From: Eledone cirrhosa
Taxonomy: Eukaryota
Direction of reading: 5' to 3'
Assembly: GCA_964016885.1 (NCBI GenBank)
Contig: OZ024742.1
Location: forward strand, 212,846,001 to 212,910,000
DNA: 64,000 nucleotides
Shown: positions 27,171-42,725 of the stretch, one piece after another
How the letters are laid out: each line of letters starts with the position of its first letter
Numbering within the stretch: the stretch's first letter is position 1
The notes under the pieces: generated by a model
What the model was told of the DNA's origin: nothing
What the model saw: the letters and a program-made list of their open reading frames with translations, nothing else
Databases searched by the model: none
Position numbers and translations under genes: made by a program

Positions 27171-27206
27171 TCTTCTGATGAAGGACTAGCGTCAGAAACG
27201 TGAAGA
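27171..27206 (+). ncRNA. Minimal hammerhead motif (probably inactive, G at position 17)
   Basis: tctt-CTGATGA-aggactagcgtca-GAAA-cg-TG-aaga. A more degraded relative lies at ~62971-63004 (ggac-caat-gtcc-GAAAcgtt). Confidence 0.55.
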
Positions 27207-27287
27207 CCCTCTTCCTGCTATATCAAGCGTTAATCTAATATATCCCTTCAATATACTGTACCGATTGTGTTGTTATTTCTGTTTACC

Positions 27288-27394
<107 letters not shown>

Positions 27395-27692
27395 AGCAGA
27401 CAGTATTATTGATTTAGGTGTCATAGAAACCCTGCATTTGGATTTTACCATCAATTCCAATGGGTCCAAGTCTGTTTTTATCATTTATTTTGTTTGACCT
27501 GTTTAGCTTGATTTGCTTTTTGGCTTAGGTGGTTAATGCCTTCTTGACCACTTTTTCAGTTTGTATGGCGTTTTAACATATATGTCTAGCTCTGGTTTTT
27601 TAACTATAGAGCGCTTGCCAGCATAACGCTGATTTTGAGTTTCGTTTCGCTTCATCTACCCGCAGAAATGCGATTCTCGCTGAATTTATATA

Positions 27693-27765
<73 letters not shown>

Positions 27766-27769
<4 letters not shown>

Positions 27770-28092
27770 CTGAAATCGAAAATGCAACTGGAGTCTTATT
27801 TTAAAATATATATATATATTTATTTGGTTCCTTTACCGGTTTCGCAGTTCTTCTGCTTTTCAAAAGTAGAGTTAAGATGGAGGGTCTGTGAGAAAAACCA
27901 CAGACCCTCCATCTCAACTCTACCTTTGAAAAGCAGAAGAACAGCGAAACCGGTAAAGGAACCAAATAAATATACATTTAAAAAAAAATAAGACTCCAGT
28001 TGCATTTTCGATTTCATCTTTTCTTCTTTATGCTTTCACTCGTGTAGGACACCTCGGTTATTTTTCATTTTGTAAAAAAACCTCACTTTCTA
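27766..28092 (+). mobile_element. Fold-back PLE-type mini-element in (TA)n
   Basis: Near-perfect inverted arms ~27770-27890 and 27898-28017, followed by a 3' tail near-identical to 48013-48153. Confidence 0.85.
27831..27866 (-). ncRNA. Minimal hammerhead with U3-A8 core
   Basis: Minus strand: ctt-TTGAAAA-gcag(aagaa)ctgc-GAAA-ccgg-TA-aag. The plus-strand mirror at 27923-27958 carries two mismatches. Confidence 0.7.
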
Positions 28093-28106
28093 ATATATAT
28101 ATATAA

Positions 28107-28278
28107 TAATTGTTTCTACTTTAGGCAGAAGGCCAGCAATTACCAAGCACATTACTGGTACTTTATTTTATCGACCCCGTAAGGATGAAAGGCAAAGTTA
28201 TCCTCGGCGGGATTTGAACTCAGACTGTAAAGGGACGTAACTATGCTAGAAAGCATGGCGTCCAACCCTCTACCGATA
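28107..28278 (-). mobile_element. Meta-domain SINE in (TA)n
   Basis: Reverse complement of the consensus seen at 8805-9382. Confidence 0.85.
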
Positions 28279-29165
28279 ATATATATATATAATAATAAAA
28301 TGTGGAGAGGAGGCACACGAGTTAGGATACATATATATATATATATATATATGAAAACAGGGTGAAAGAGACGATTATGAGGAAGAAAAATACATTTTTT
28401 TCTTTTTTTGTTTCTCTCTCTCTTTTTTCTGGCTTAGAAAATGATTAAAACGAAATGTTTTACTTTGTGTGAAGTGTTAAGGTATTAGTTGATTTATTTA
28501 TTATTTAACAATGGCATTTATTTATCTATTTATATATTTAATTATTGTCTATTACCGGTTTCAGCATTTATATGCATAATCAAATGATAGTGAAATGTAT
28601 TAGTATGGTGTCGCACATGTTAAACAGAAGGTGCAGAAAGAATAATGTTATATACAAACAAGGTTTAAGAAGTGAAAAGAAAAAAGAAAAAGGAAAAAAA
28701 AACGTGCATAATGTGGAACGTAAAAAGTCAATGTGGAAGAAAAAATAATGTTATTTACAAGCACAGTCATTGAAGTTAAGCAGTTCAAAATGTGGTAATA
28801 TCGCAAGAGTGCTTAGTTGAACCATGATTCCGTGAAGGAGGCAAATGGTGGACTGGTTTGATATGATTTCCCTTTTTAGAGAGTTAATATGCAGGGGGAA
28901 GCAATTCTTGCTGGGTGATATTTAATTTATTTAAGAAAAAGGATTAGGTAGGGTGTGAGGGAGGTAACTCTTGTAAATGTTTGATGGTTTGTTGCAGTTT
29001 TAGATTGGTCCGATTTTTAGGGCATTGAGTGGTGGTTGAAATTTATTAATGAAATGTGTTTCCTTATTGGTACGTTGGATGAAAATAGCGTTGTCTATGA
29101 ATTTGTAAATGGGGAAAATTTTAAAGTTTGGATGTTGGTTGAGAGCACAATTGGCGATATGTTCA

Positions 29166-30803
29166 CTAAATGCAATCTTTCTGTATTCCTGTATTATAAT
29201 GTGATTTATGGACGGTCATACGTTGACGGAGGCTGTTTTTTGTCTGCCCTATGTAGTGCTCTTGACAACCTGAGCAGGTCAAAACATAGATAAGGTTTTC
29301 AGATGCACATGTAAAATTGTGTTTAACTGTGAAATCTTCTCCTTGTTTAAAATGGAATGTTGAACCTTCTATTAGATTTATGCATATGCCACAGTTGGGC
29401 CTTCCGCGTTTTGTTACTGTAGGGTTCATTGTGAGGGTTTGTTGGATTTTGGCTGGTGTGAGGATGTTTTTTATGGATTTGGGTTGTCTTTTACTCTTTA
29501 TGATGTTGTGTGTTTGGAGGATATTGTTCATTCTTGTGTCTTTTTTTAGTAAAGGAATGTTCTGGAGGATGGTGTCGAATGCCTCATTGTTGAGGGGGTT
29601 GTGTGTGGAGATGTATGGTAGAGTTTTTTGTTGCGGTTCACTCGTGGGTTTGGGGTGTCTGAGTTCCTGGATGTCTAGTTCTAGGGCACGTTGGACTCCA
29701 TTGGTGATTAGGGATGGTGGGTAGTTTCTGCTGATAAGTGTGTTCTTTAATTCTTCTAGTCGTGTGTAGCATGTGTATTTATCTGAAACTATTGTGCAGA
29801 TCCTTCTGGCTAGGTTATAAGGAATTGCCATTTTGGTGTGTCTAGGGTGGCACGAGTTGAATGGAAGGTATTGTTTGGAGTCTGTGGGTTTGAAGTATAT
29901 GTCTGTTTCTATTTTGCTGCTTGTTTTCTTGATGAGGATGTCGAGGAAAGAGATTTCTTCATGGCTGTAATCCATTGTGAATTGTAAGTTAGTGTTGAGC
30001 ACATTCAGAAGGGTTTTGAACTCAAACAGTCTATCTATACTTTCATGCCAGAGGATGAAGCAGTCGTTCAGATATCTCTTCCAGTTCTTTTCTATGTGTT
30101 TGTAGAAGTGGTTGCCGTATTTGTCTAGAACTTTGCGGTAGAGAATGGTTTCCAAATATCCCATGACAAGGTTGGCGTATGAGGGGGCCACTTTCGTGCC
30201 CATGGCAGTCCCAGATTTCTGTCTGTAGTATTTGGCATTGAATTCGAAGAAATTGTTTTGCAAGATGAATTTGTGTCCCTCCAACACAAATTCTTTAGGG
30301 ATGCGCTGTGGAAGTTCACTAGGGAAATTTTCCATCCAGAATTGTATTGCCTCTATACCTAGGTTGTGTGGGATATTGGAATATAAATTGATGACATCAA
30401 AGGTTACTAGTAGGGTATGTTCGTTATTGAGTGTTGTTGGGAGGTGGTTGAGCATGTCAAGGTCGTCCCTTATGAAGCTTTTTATATGTTTTAGGAAAGG
30501 TTTAAGCAGAATATCTAGGAAGTTGCTTAGGCGGTGGGTTTCACATGTGGTGCCTGCTATTATGGGTCTTAATTTAAGGTCATCAGGAGGGGCTATATTG
30601 ATGTAAACGTCTGTGGCTTGCTTGCAGGCCCTGCCTATTACTTCGCTTTTGTGTGTCTTGGGGATACCGTAGAAGAGGCTGGTTCTGCTTTTGAAATTGG
30701 TGAGGTAGTTGTATTCCTTGTCTGTAAGGCCTTCTTTGTAAAGGGTTGTTAGGGATTTTAGGTTTCTCATTATTTTCTGTTGTGTAGTGTTGGGCCTTTT
30801 CAT
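29166..30803 (-). pseudogene. PLE RT + Cys linker + GIY-YIG, inactivated
   Basis: YGIPKTHK; RPII; DVINLYSNIP; GTAMGTKVAPSYANL; catalytic YxDD changed to YLND; GRPNCGIC linker; LIYVLTC-x2-C...YIGQT. Frameshifts lie at both ends. Confidence 0.92.
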
Positions 30804-31158
30804 AATATGTTTGGTTTTCTAGAGTTGAGAGTTCTAGAGTTGTGTAATAATCTGTCTCCAGAACGACTACTGCACTCCCTTTATCTGCCTCTTTGATTGT
30901 TAGGGTTTTGTCGTTTTTTAGACTGTTAAGACCATTCCATTCTTTTTTGCTTAGGTTAGGTTTTTGTTTATGTCTGTGTAGGTGGTGGTATGGGTAATTA
31001 GTAATGTGTTCGCAGAATTGATCGAGGAATTTATTCTTGCCTTTTGGTGGGGTGTAGTTGCTTCTAGTTCTGGCTATTGAGTCATCCTCATTGTATTTGT
31101 TGTATAGTTGTTCGCTGAGTCTTAGTTTTCTACAGAATTCTGCAATATCTTCCTTCAT
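30583..31158 (-). pseudogene. PLE ORF N-terminal part (frameshifted from the RT)
   Basis: FCRKLRL; NLSKKEWNGLNSLKNDKTLTIKEADKGSAVVV (the PLE DKG motif). Confidence 0.88.
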
Positions 31159-32003
31159 TTCGGGGGTAGTTTGGTTGTTGGGGAGTTGGTGTAAATTTTA
31201 GACCTTTGGAGAGTATGTTGATTTGGTCTGTTGTTAATTCTTTGGAGGTTAATTTGACAATTTTTATTGTATTTTGTGTCTCCTGTGTGTTTTGTGTTAT
31301 CTTGTAATCCTGTGTCTGTGTGCTGTGTCTAAAAAATGATTACGGAAGTTGTGATGGCTGTTGAAGTTTGGATCTCTCTTATAGTTGTATTGGCTCCTGC
31401 TGTTGTAAGATGGTGTGTTGCTGTGGTGGTTGTTGAATTTAGGTTGTATCGTGTGGTTGTATTGAGCCCTGCTGATGTTGTTGTAGGGTGTGTAGATTTG
31501 ATGGACGTGGTTATAGGGTGTGAAGTTGTGGTGGTTGTTGAAGTTGGGTTGTATCGTGTGGTTGTGTTGAGCACTGCTGTTGTTGTAGGGTGTGTAGACT
31601 TGGTGGTAGTTGTAATAGGGTTGCCTTGTGTGTTCATATTGAGTCCTGTTGTTGCTGTTATATGGTATGTAGCTATGGTGGTTGTAGTGGTTAGGGTGTC
31701 AGGTGTGGTTGTATTGTCCCCTGCTGGTATTGTTGTAGTAGGCTGTTTTTTGTCTGTCCTATGTAGTGCTCTTGACAACCTGAGCAGGTCAAAACATAGA
31801 TAAGCTTTTCAGATGCACATGTAAAGTTGTGTTTAACTGTGAAATGTTGTCCTTTTTTAAAATGGAATGTTGAACCTTCTATTATGCACGTTTTTTTTCC
31901 TTTTTCTTTTTTCTTTTCACTTCTGAAAACTTGTTTGAATATAACATTATTCTTTCTGCACCTTCTGTTTAACATGTACGCCACCACACTAATACATTTC
32001 ACT

Positions 32004-32043
32004 ATCATTTGATAATGCATATAAATGCTGAAACCGGTAATAG
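32004..32043 (+). ncRNA. Minimal hammerhead with U3-A8 core in the inverted pLTR
   Basis: TTGATAA at 32009; stem II gcat/atgc; GAAA at 32030; ccgg; GUA. The sense copy at 28549-28588 (-) has TTGATTA, which breaks the 3-8 pair. Stem I is short. Confidence 0.6.
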
Positions 32044-32237
32044 ACAATAATTAAATATATAAATAGATAAATAAATGCCATTGTTAAATAATAAATAAAT
32101 CAACAAATACCTTAACACTTCACACAAAGTAAAACATTTCGTTTTAATCATTTTCTAAGTCAGAAAAAAGAGAGAGAGAAACAAAAAAAGAAAAAAAAAT
32201 TATTTTTCTTCCTCATAATCGTCGTCTCTATCTCCTC

Positions 32238-34832
<2,595 letters not shown>

Positions 34833-35022
34833 AATTGTTTCTACTTTTGGCACAAGGCCAGCAATTACCCAGTGTATTACTGGTACTTTATTTGATCGAC
34901 CCCATAAGGATGAAAGGCAAAGTTAACCTCGGCGGGATTTGAACTCAGAATGGCAAGGGCCGTAATCTATGCGTCAAAGCATGGCGTCCGACCCTCTACC
35001 GATACTGCCAATCCACTGGCCA
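34833..35022 (-). mobile_element. Full-length Meta-domain SINE in (TA)n
   Basis: Reverse complement of the consensus. Confidence 0.88.
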
Positions 35023-35034
35023 TTATATATATAT

Positions 35035-35065
<31 letters not shown>

Positions 35066-35151
35066 ATACATATATATATATATATTATATATATATATAA
35101 TATATATATATATATTATATATATATAATATATATATATATATAATATATA

Positions 35152-35194
<43 letters not shown>

Positions 35195-35260
35195 ATAATA
35201 TATATATATATTATATATATATAATATATATATATATAATATATATATATATATAATATA

Positions 35261-36182
35261 TAAATTATTAAAAAAAATAATGAATAAACAAAGAAACAGT
35301 TCCTTATATTAAAAAAATTCATTATTTTACGATCGTTTCTAGGATATATATGTGTTAGAATTGGTATGCATATTCTATAGATCTATGTACAATATTTATA
35401 CAAACTATCAGAGGGAATATACATACCTTCACATATATATGCTGTCTTCAGAAATAATGATACTTGTTTATTGATGAGAACAAAGATTCAATACAATAGG
35501 TCTGTTTGGGAACAGGTTTTGAATTGACCAATCAGGAGATAGTGAGGGTCAAGATAGTGATACAGTATTAGAAGAACGTTAAATTATGGTAGAGGAAGGT
35601 AGATTTCAGTTTTGGATGGAAAAGAGTATTATGAATGAAGGATTACTTTAGGGAAGAAGTAGGTCATATGTTGACCTCAGAAATAATTTTATTTGTTCAT
35701 TGAATAAATAATTTTATTTGTTCATTGAATAAATTATTCAATGAACAAATAAAATTATTTCTGAGGTCAACATATGACCTACTTCTTCCCTAAAGTAATC
35801 CTTCATTCATAATACTCTTTTCCATCCAAAACTGAACTCTACCTTCCTCTACCCATAATTTAACGTTCTTCTAATACTGTATCACTATCTTGACCCTCAC
35901 TATCTCCTGATTCGTCAATTCAAAACCTGTTCCCAAACAGACCTATTGTATTGAATCTTTGTTCTCATCAATAAACAAGTATCATTATTTCTGAAGACAG
36001 CATATATATGTGAAGGTATGTATATTCCCTCTGATAGTTTGTATAAATATTGTACATAGATCTATAGAATATGCATACCAATTCTAACACATATATATCC
36101 TAGAAACGATCGTAAAATAATGAATTTTTTTTAATATAAGGAACTGTTTCTTTGTTTATTCATTATTTTTTTAATAATTTAT
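35261..36182. repeat. ~920-bp near-perfect palindrome of a PLE-type 3' region
   Basis: 35261-~35710 is the reverse complement of ~35737-36182; a ~24-bp direct duplication sits at the centre. Confidence 0.9.
35982..36123 (+). ncRNA. Type I hammerhead with ~105-nt domain II
   Basis: 9-bp stem I tcattattt/aaataatga; CTGAAGA at 35991; GAAA at 36103; palindromic stem III acgatcgt; GUA. Mirror copy at 35319-35460 (-). Confidence 0.75.
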
Positions 36183-36347
36183 CTTGACTCTGTTTTCCGT
36201 TTATTTTTCGTTTTCCGTTTATTTTTCACCGAAAGTAGTTTTTGAATGCATCTTCTCTTTTCATGATATCCGGATTACATTGAGTTCTTCATACGGATTG
36301 GACACTACCGTAAACTTTTGGTAGATTTTATCTACATACTCTATATA

Positions 36348-36398
<51 letters not shown>

Positions 36399-36659
36399 TA
36401 TATTATATATATATATATATATTATATATATATACATATATAATATATATATATATATATATAATATATATATATATATTATATATAAATAATATATATA
36501 TATAATAATATATATATATATAATATATATATATATATATGATATATAAAGAATGAAGTTAATATGTCCAAGGATACTAGGTACTCCTAGAAATACATAG
36601 GTTGTCTATGATTCAAGGTTGTTCAATGGTATTAATTTGATACACCAGAACTTTAATAT

Positions 36660-36853
36660 TAAGATAAGCAGAACAAGTAAAATTCAATCAATTCTTTAAA
36701 ATACATTAAAAAATATAATATAAATATTTACCTCTCCTAGTGGCCCTTACTGATCAGTTTCGCTTTGCCACTAGGAGAGGTAAATATTTATATTATATTT
36801 TTTAATGTATTTTAAAGAATTGATTGAATTTTACTTGTTCTGCTTATCTTAAT
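36660..36853 (-). mobile_element. Fold-back PLE-type 3' end truncated within its HHR
   Basis: ~85-bp inverted arms; the spacer on the minus strand reads aaagc-GAAA-ctgatcag-TA-aggg (3' half of an HHR with palindromic stem III). Confidence 0.7.
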
Positions 36854-37036
36854 ATATGATATATATATATATATAATATATATATATATAATATATATAT
36901 ATATTATATATATATAATATATATATATATATTATATATAAATAATATATATATATATAATATATATATATATATAATATATATATATATATAATATATA
37001 TATATATATATGATATATATATATAATATAATATAT

Positions 37037-38075
37037 AAGAACAAAAGATGGTTAAAAAAGTTCCATGTATTTTATTATGCGCATTTCAAAAACAAATATC
37101 ATCATGCAATAATATTTGTGTTTTCATCAGATAAAACAGGAGGACATGATATGAAGGTTAAAAAACACTTGTGGATAGTTCAGTTTTAAATCAACATATG
37201 AGAAGTAGTTTTAGATTGATGTGTGATATTGGGAAAAATATTTTATTTAGAGGGGGGTGGGGTGGAAAGGATGAAAAAAGAAGGAGATGAGAGTGAAGGT
37301 GGAGAGGGAGGAGTATAATGAGGAAGGATGAGATAGGAGGAGAGATGGGTGATAGAGAGAGAGAGATAGCTTTTATAACTGAGAAAGATATATTGTTTTA
37401 CATAGAGAGGTTGAAAAACCGTTGGAAGATAATGTATAAATTAAAAGAATTTGAAAATTAACGAAGAGAAAAATAATGTAAAGTTAAGGTTTGTATATTG
37501 AGGGGTTTGATAATATGTGCGAAGAAAAAGAAAGAGTTAATATGTATTGAGAATAATGAGTTAGATGAAAGGGAGAAAAGAATAATGAATTGAGGAGGAA
37601 TAATCTAACGTCAAAAAAAACAATGTATATGTTTACGAAGGATTTTTACAAGGTGATATAGAGTAAGAATGTGTTGTATTATGTAATAATTGATTCTATG
37701 TTAGGCAAGAGTGAGAAAAGGTACAGATTAGGGGTTAGATATTTAGAAAGAGTAAACAAGTATTATAGAATTTGAAAATTAACGAAGAGAAAAATAATGT
37801 AAAGTTAAGGTTTGTATATTGAAGGGTTTGATAATATGTGCGAAGAAAAAGAAAATGTTAATATGTATTGAGAATAATGAGTTAGATGAAAGGGAGAAAA
37901 GAATAATGAATTGAGGATGAATAATCTAACGTCAAAAAAAAACAATGTATATGTTTACGAAGGATTTTTACAAGGTGATATAGAGTAAGAGTAATGAGTA
38001 AACAAGTATTATAGAATGTATAATAACCTTTGAAATAAGGTAGAAAGATGGGTATATTTTTTAAAAGAAGTGTAT
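37037..38075 (-). mobile_element. 3' UTR copy of the Naiad element at 1-3298, with HHR at 37069-37136
   Basis: Reverse complement of parts of ~2070-3298 with deletions and an internal duplication (~37447-37670 / ~37767-37990). The HHR core CTGATGA is intact. Confidence 0.85.
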
Positions 38076-38119
38076 ATATATATGTGCCTATTATATATAT
38101 ATATATTATATATATATAT

Positions 38120-38150
<31 letters not shown>

Positions 38151-38249
38151 ATATATATATTATATATATATTATATATCTATATATTATATATATATTAT
38201 ATATCTATATATTATATATATATTATATATATATATATTATATATATAT

Positions 38250-38282
<33 letters not shown>

Positions 38283-38402
38283 ATATATCTATATATTATA
38301 TATATATATATATATTATATATATATATATTTATATATATATTATATATATATATATTATATATATATTATATATATATATATTATATATATATTATATA
38401 TA

Positions 38403-38494
<92 letters not shown>

Positions 38495-38516
38495 ATATAT
38501 ATATTATATATTATAT

Positions 38517-38650
38517 AGTTACGTCCCTTTACGGTCTGATTTCAAATCCCGCCGAGGTTGACTTTGCCTTTCATCCTTACGGGGTCGATAAAATAAAGTA
38601 CCAGTAATGCACTGGATAATTGCTGGCCTTGTGCCTAAAGAAGAAACAAT

Positions 38651-38652
<2 letters not shown>
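38517..38652 (+). mobile_element. 5'-truncated Meta SINE (left arm of giant palindrome)
   Basis: Reads as the exact reverse complement of 39310-39445. Confidence 0.85.
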
Positions 38653-38683
<31 letters not shown>

Positions 38684-38774
38684 ATATATATATTATATTT
38701 ATATTATATATCTATATATTATATATATATATTATATATATATATATTATATATATATATATATTATACATATA

Positions 38775-38847
<73 letters not shown>

Positions 38848-39278
38848 ATTATATATATATATATTATATTATATATATATATATATTATATATATATATA
38901 TAATATATATATATACATATATATATAAATAATATATATACATATATATATATAATATATATATAATATATATATAATATATATATAATATATATATATA
39001 ATATATATATATATAATATATATATATATAATATATATATATATAATATATATATAATATATATATATAATATATATATATATAATATATATATATATAA
39101 TATATATATAATATATATATTTATAATATATATATAATATATATATATATATAATATATATATAATATATATATTTATAATATATATATAATATATAGAT
39201 ATATAATATATATATAATATATATATATATAATATATATATAATATATAGATATATAATATAAATATAATATATATAT

Positions 39279-39309
<31 letters not shown>

Positions 39310-39311
<2 letters not shown>

Positions 39312-39445
39312 ATTGTTTCTTCTTTAGGCACAAGGCCAGCAATTATCCAGTGCATTACTGGTACTTTATTTTATCGACCCCGTAAGGATGAAAGGCAAAG
39401 TCAACCTCGGCGGGATTTGAAATCAGACCGTAAAGGGACGTAACT
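39310..39445 (-). mobile_element. 5'-truncated Meta SINE (right arm of giant palindrome)
   Basis: Same truncation point and private variants as 38517-38652. Confidence 0.85.
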
Positions 39446-39518
39446 ATATAATATATAATATATATATAATATATATATAATATATATATATATATAATAT
39501 ATATATAATATATATATT

Positions 39519-39549
<31 letters not shown>

Positions 39550-39676
39550 ATATATATATATATAATATATATATAATATATATATATATAATATATATAT
39601 AATATATATATATATAATATATATATAATATATATATATATAATATATATATATATATATAATATATAGAATATAT

Positions 39677-39709
<33 letters not shown>

Positions 39710-39908
39710 ATATATATATAATATATATATATATAATATATATATAATATATAGATATATAATATATATATAATATATAGATATATAATATATATATAAT
39801 ATATATATAATATATATATAATATAATATATATATATATAATAATATATATATAATATATATATATATAATATATATATATATATAATATATATTATAAT
39901 ATATATAT

Positions 39909-39939
<31 letters not shown>

Positions 39940-40203
39940 ATATATATCACGATAAATTAACTGAGGCATAGGCCGTCGTTATTCCCTGTAAATAATGTGC
40001 TCAAAGGGGAAGAGATCCTGAGCCCTTTAAAATATAATATGTTGAGAAGGTAACACCACAGAGAGAGATATATAGTGCGTTATCAATAATACAGGGAAAA
40101 AAACCACCAGTGTATGGAATCTATAACCCATGAAAGGCAGACTATAGACACGATAATTAAAAATATAAATTAAAGCGTAAATAAATACCTTTATAACTAT
40201 ATA

Positions 40204-40284
40204 ACACACGTACAAATCCAAAGATATGTTTCACCAAAAAATTTGTTGAAAGAAATGGTCTAGTCTCGGTTCATCAGCGTGTGT
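40204..40284 (-). ncRNA. Canonical type I hammerhead ribozyme
   Basis: Stem I acacacg/cgtgtgt; CTGATGA; stem II closed by acc/ggt; GAAA; stem III ca.atc(tttg)gat.tg; GUA. Plus-strand copy at 40980-41061. Confidence 0.85.
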
Positions 40285-41063
40285 AAGGCCATACATTTCA
40301 GACAACACTAAGAGAATTTTACAATTGACTGTCCAGCTACACGTGGGAGAGAGAAGTCACAGCGTGTTTAAGGGCAGTGAACCAGTGGCCTCTGAGAGAC
40401 GAACTGCTAGAAAGGGCAGCCCAAAGCCACTCAGAGAAGTGTGCTCAACCAAACAGAGATAGGAAAGACTGTTGTTAGGAGCGAAATATCACGATAAATT
40501 AACGGAGGCATAGGCCGTCGTTATTCCCTGTAAATAATGTGCTCAAAGGGGAAGAGATCCTGAGTCCTTTAAAATATAATATGTTGAGAAGGTAACACCA
40601 CCAGAGAGAGATATATAGTGCGTTATCAATAATACAGGGAAAAAAACCACCAGTGTATGGAATCTATAACCTATGAAAGGCAGACTATAGACACGATAAT
40701 TAAAAATATAAATTAAAGCGTAAATAAATACCTTTATAACTATATAACACACGTACAAATCCAAAGATATGTTTCACCAAAAAATTTGTTGAAAGAAATG
40801 GTCTAGTCTCGTTGGTTGAGCACACTTCTCTGAGTGGCTTTGGGCTGCCCTTTCTAGCAGTTCGTCTCTCAGAGGCCACTGGTTCACTACCCTTAAACAC
40901 GCTGTGACTTCTCTCTCCCACGTGTAGCTGGACAGTCAATTGTAAAATTCTCTTAGTGTTGTCTGAAATGTATGGCCTTACACACGCTGATGAACCGAGA
41001 CTAGACCATTTCTTTCGAACAAATTTTTTGGTGAAACATATCTTTGGATTTGTACGTGTGTTA

Positions 41064-41961
41064 TCTATATATATAAAACTGTGGTTGTCTGTCTGTCTAT
41101 CGATTTTTGGCACACATCTCCTCTTAGAATCTCTCACGGAATTGCACCGAAATTGCTATACTTGTACATTGAGCCCTAGCGAAGACATCGGAAAAAAAAA
41201 TTTCAAATTGACCCACCCTATGTGACGAAATCGAATATAATGTATCGATTTTTGAGCGTAAGTTATCAGTTATTTCCCTTTGTTCTGTTTACATTGAGCG
41301 TCTTACGTAAAAAATTACGCTGGCTTTCTCAGCGTTTAAAATGACATTAACACAATACACGAACAGACAGTTGTCGAGCCAGCAAAATATTGACCTGCAA
41401 AATTCATCAGTTCGAACACTAAGCTTCCGTTTTGCTTCATTTCCATTTAAAAGCATTTTAAAACAATATTTTTACTTGAAAACAAGTCTATTTAAAGACT
41501 ACGTAAAACAAGCAAATATTTCGTCGTTAGGCGTGCAGACAGACAGTCGTGCAGAGAGGTGATATACGCGTGCAGACAGACAGTCGTGCAGAGAGGTGAT
41601 ATAGGCGTGCAGACAGATAGTCGTGCAGAGAGGTGATATAGGCGTGCAGACAGACATAACTGATAATTTGGTTACGCTAATGTTTTTCTCTGCGTTGCAG
41701 TGTTTACATTTGCGATCTTTGTTAATAAATAACCAGTGCAGTTTCTATCCCCAGCATCCTCTTTTGTTATAACATTCGGGTTATCGTTATGTTTTCTTAA
41801 CTTCATAAGGCATATTGTTGGTTGAGGGAATATTAATCAAAAACACCACATGCAAGTCTGCACAGTAGACACTACAGTTTTTAAGCCAAGAAAGAAACTT
41901 AACATTGTAACTTTAACACAGCTACTGAGCGACCCCGAGCAACGCCGGGCATTACTGCTAG
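41064..41961 (+). mobile_element. Non-autonomous Helitron
   Basis: TC start; hairpin cccg-agcaacgc-cggg; CTAG end. Inserted at A|T without TSD: the empty site gtgtgtta|tatagttataaagg is seen at 40189-40210 (rc). Contains a 37-bp tandem repeat at 41529-41656. Confidence 0.92.
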
Positions 41962-42670
41962 TATAGTTATAAAGGTATTTATTTACGCTTTAATTTATAT
42001 TTTTAATTATCGTGTCTATAGTCTGCCTTTCATAGGTTATAGATTCCATACACTGGTGGTTTTTTCCCTGTATTATTGATAACGCACTATATATCTCTCT
42101 CTGGTGTGTTACCTTCTCAATATATTATATAATATATATATATAATATATATATATATATATAATATATGTATATAATATATATATATATATATAATATA
42201 TATATATATAATATATATATATATATAATATATATATATATATATAATATATATATATATATAATATATATATATATAATATATATATATATATATAATA
42301 TATATATATATATAATATATATATATATATAATATATATATATATAATATATATATATAATATATATATATATAATATATATATAATATATATATATATA
42401 TAATATATATATATATGTAATATATATATATAATATATAATATATAATATTTATATAATATATATATATATATTATATAATATATATATTTATAATATAT
42501 ATATATAATATATATATATAATATATATATATCTAATATATATATCTAATATATATATATCTAATATATATATCTAATATATATATATAATATATATATT
42601 ATATATATATATATATAATATATATATTATATATATATAATATATATATATATAATATATATATATATAT

Positions 42671-42725
<55 letters not shown>

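Larger units (their letters stand above)
28355..32240 (-). mobile_element. Neptune-type PLE with inverted and partial-tandem pLTR
   Basis: RT and GIY-YIG ORFs on the minus strand. 31883-32225 is the reverse complement of 28370-28710, and 31741-31882 directly repeats 29230-29371. Confidence 0.9.
39944..42125 (-). mobile_element. Non-coding retrozyme/PLE-type element: ~542-bp unit + partial tandem copy + inverted copy
   Basis: atatcacgataaatt starts at both 39944 and 40486. 40811-41063 plus 41962-42125 form an inverted copy split by a Helitron. Confidence 0.85.

Noticed and set aside
31329-31803. Mucin-like Thr-rich gene or Val-rich membrane protein
   Set aside because: Low-complexity repeats inside the Neptune PLE, read on both strands.
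36031-36037. CTGATAG as a novel HHR core
   Set aside because: The upstream CTGAAGA at 35991 gives a canonical core with a 9-bp stem I, so CTGATAG lies within domain II.
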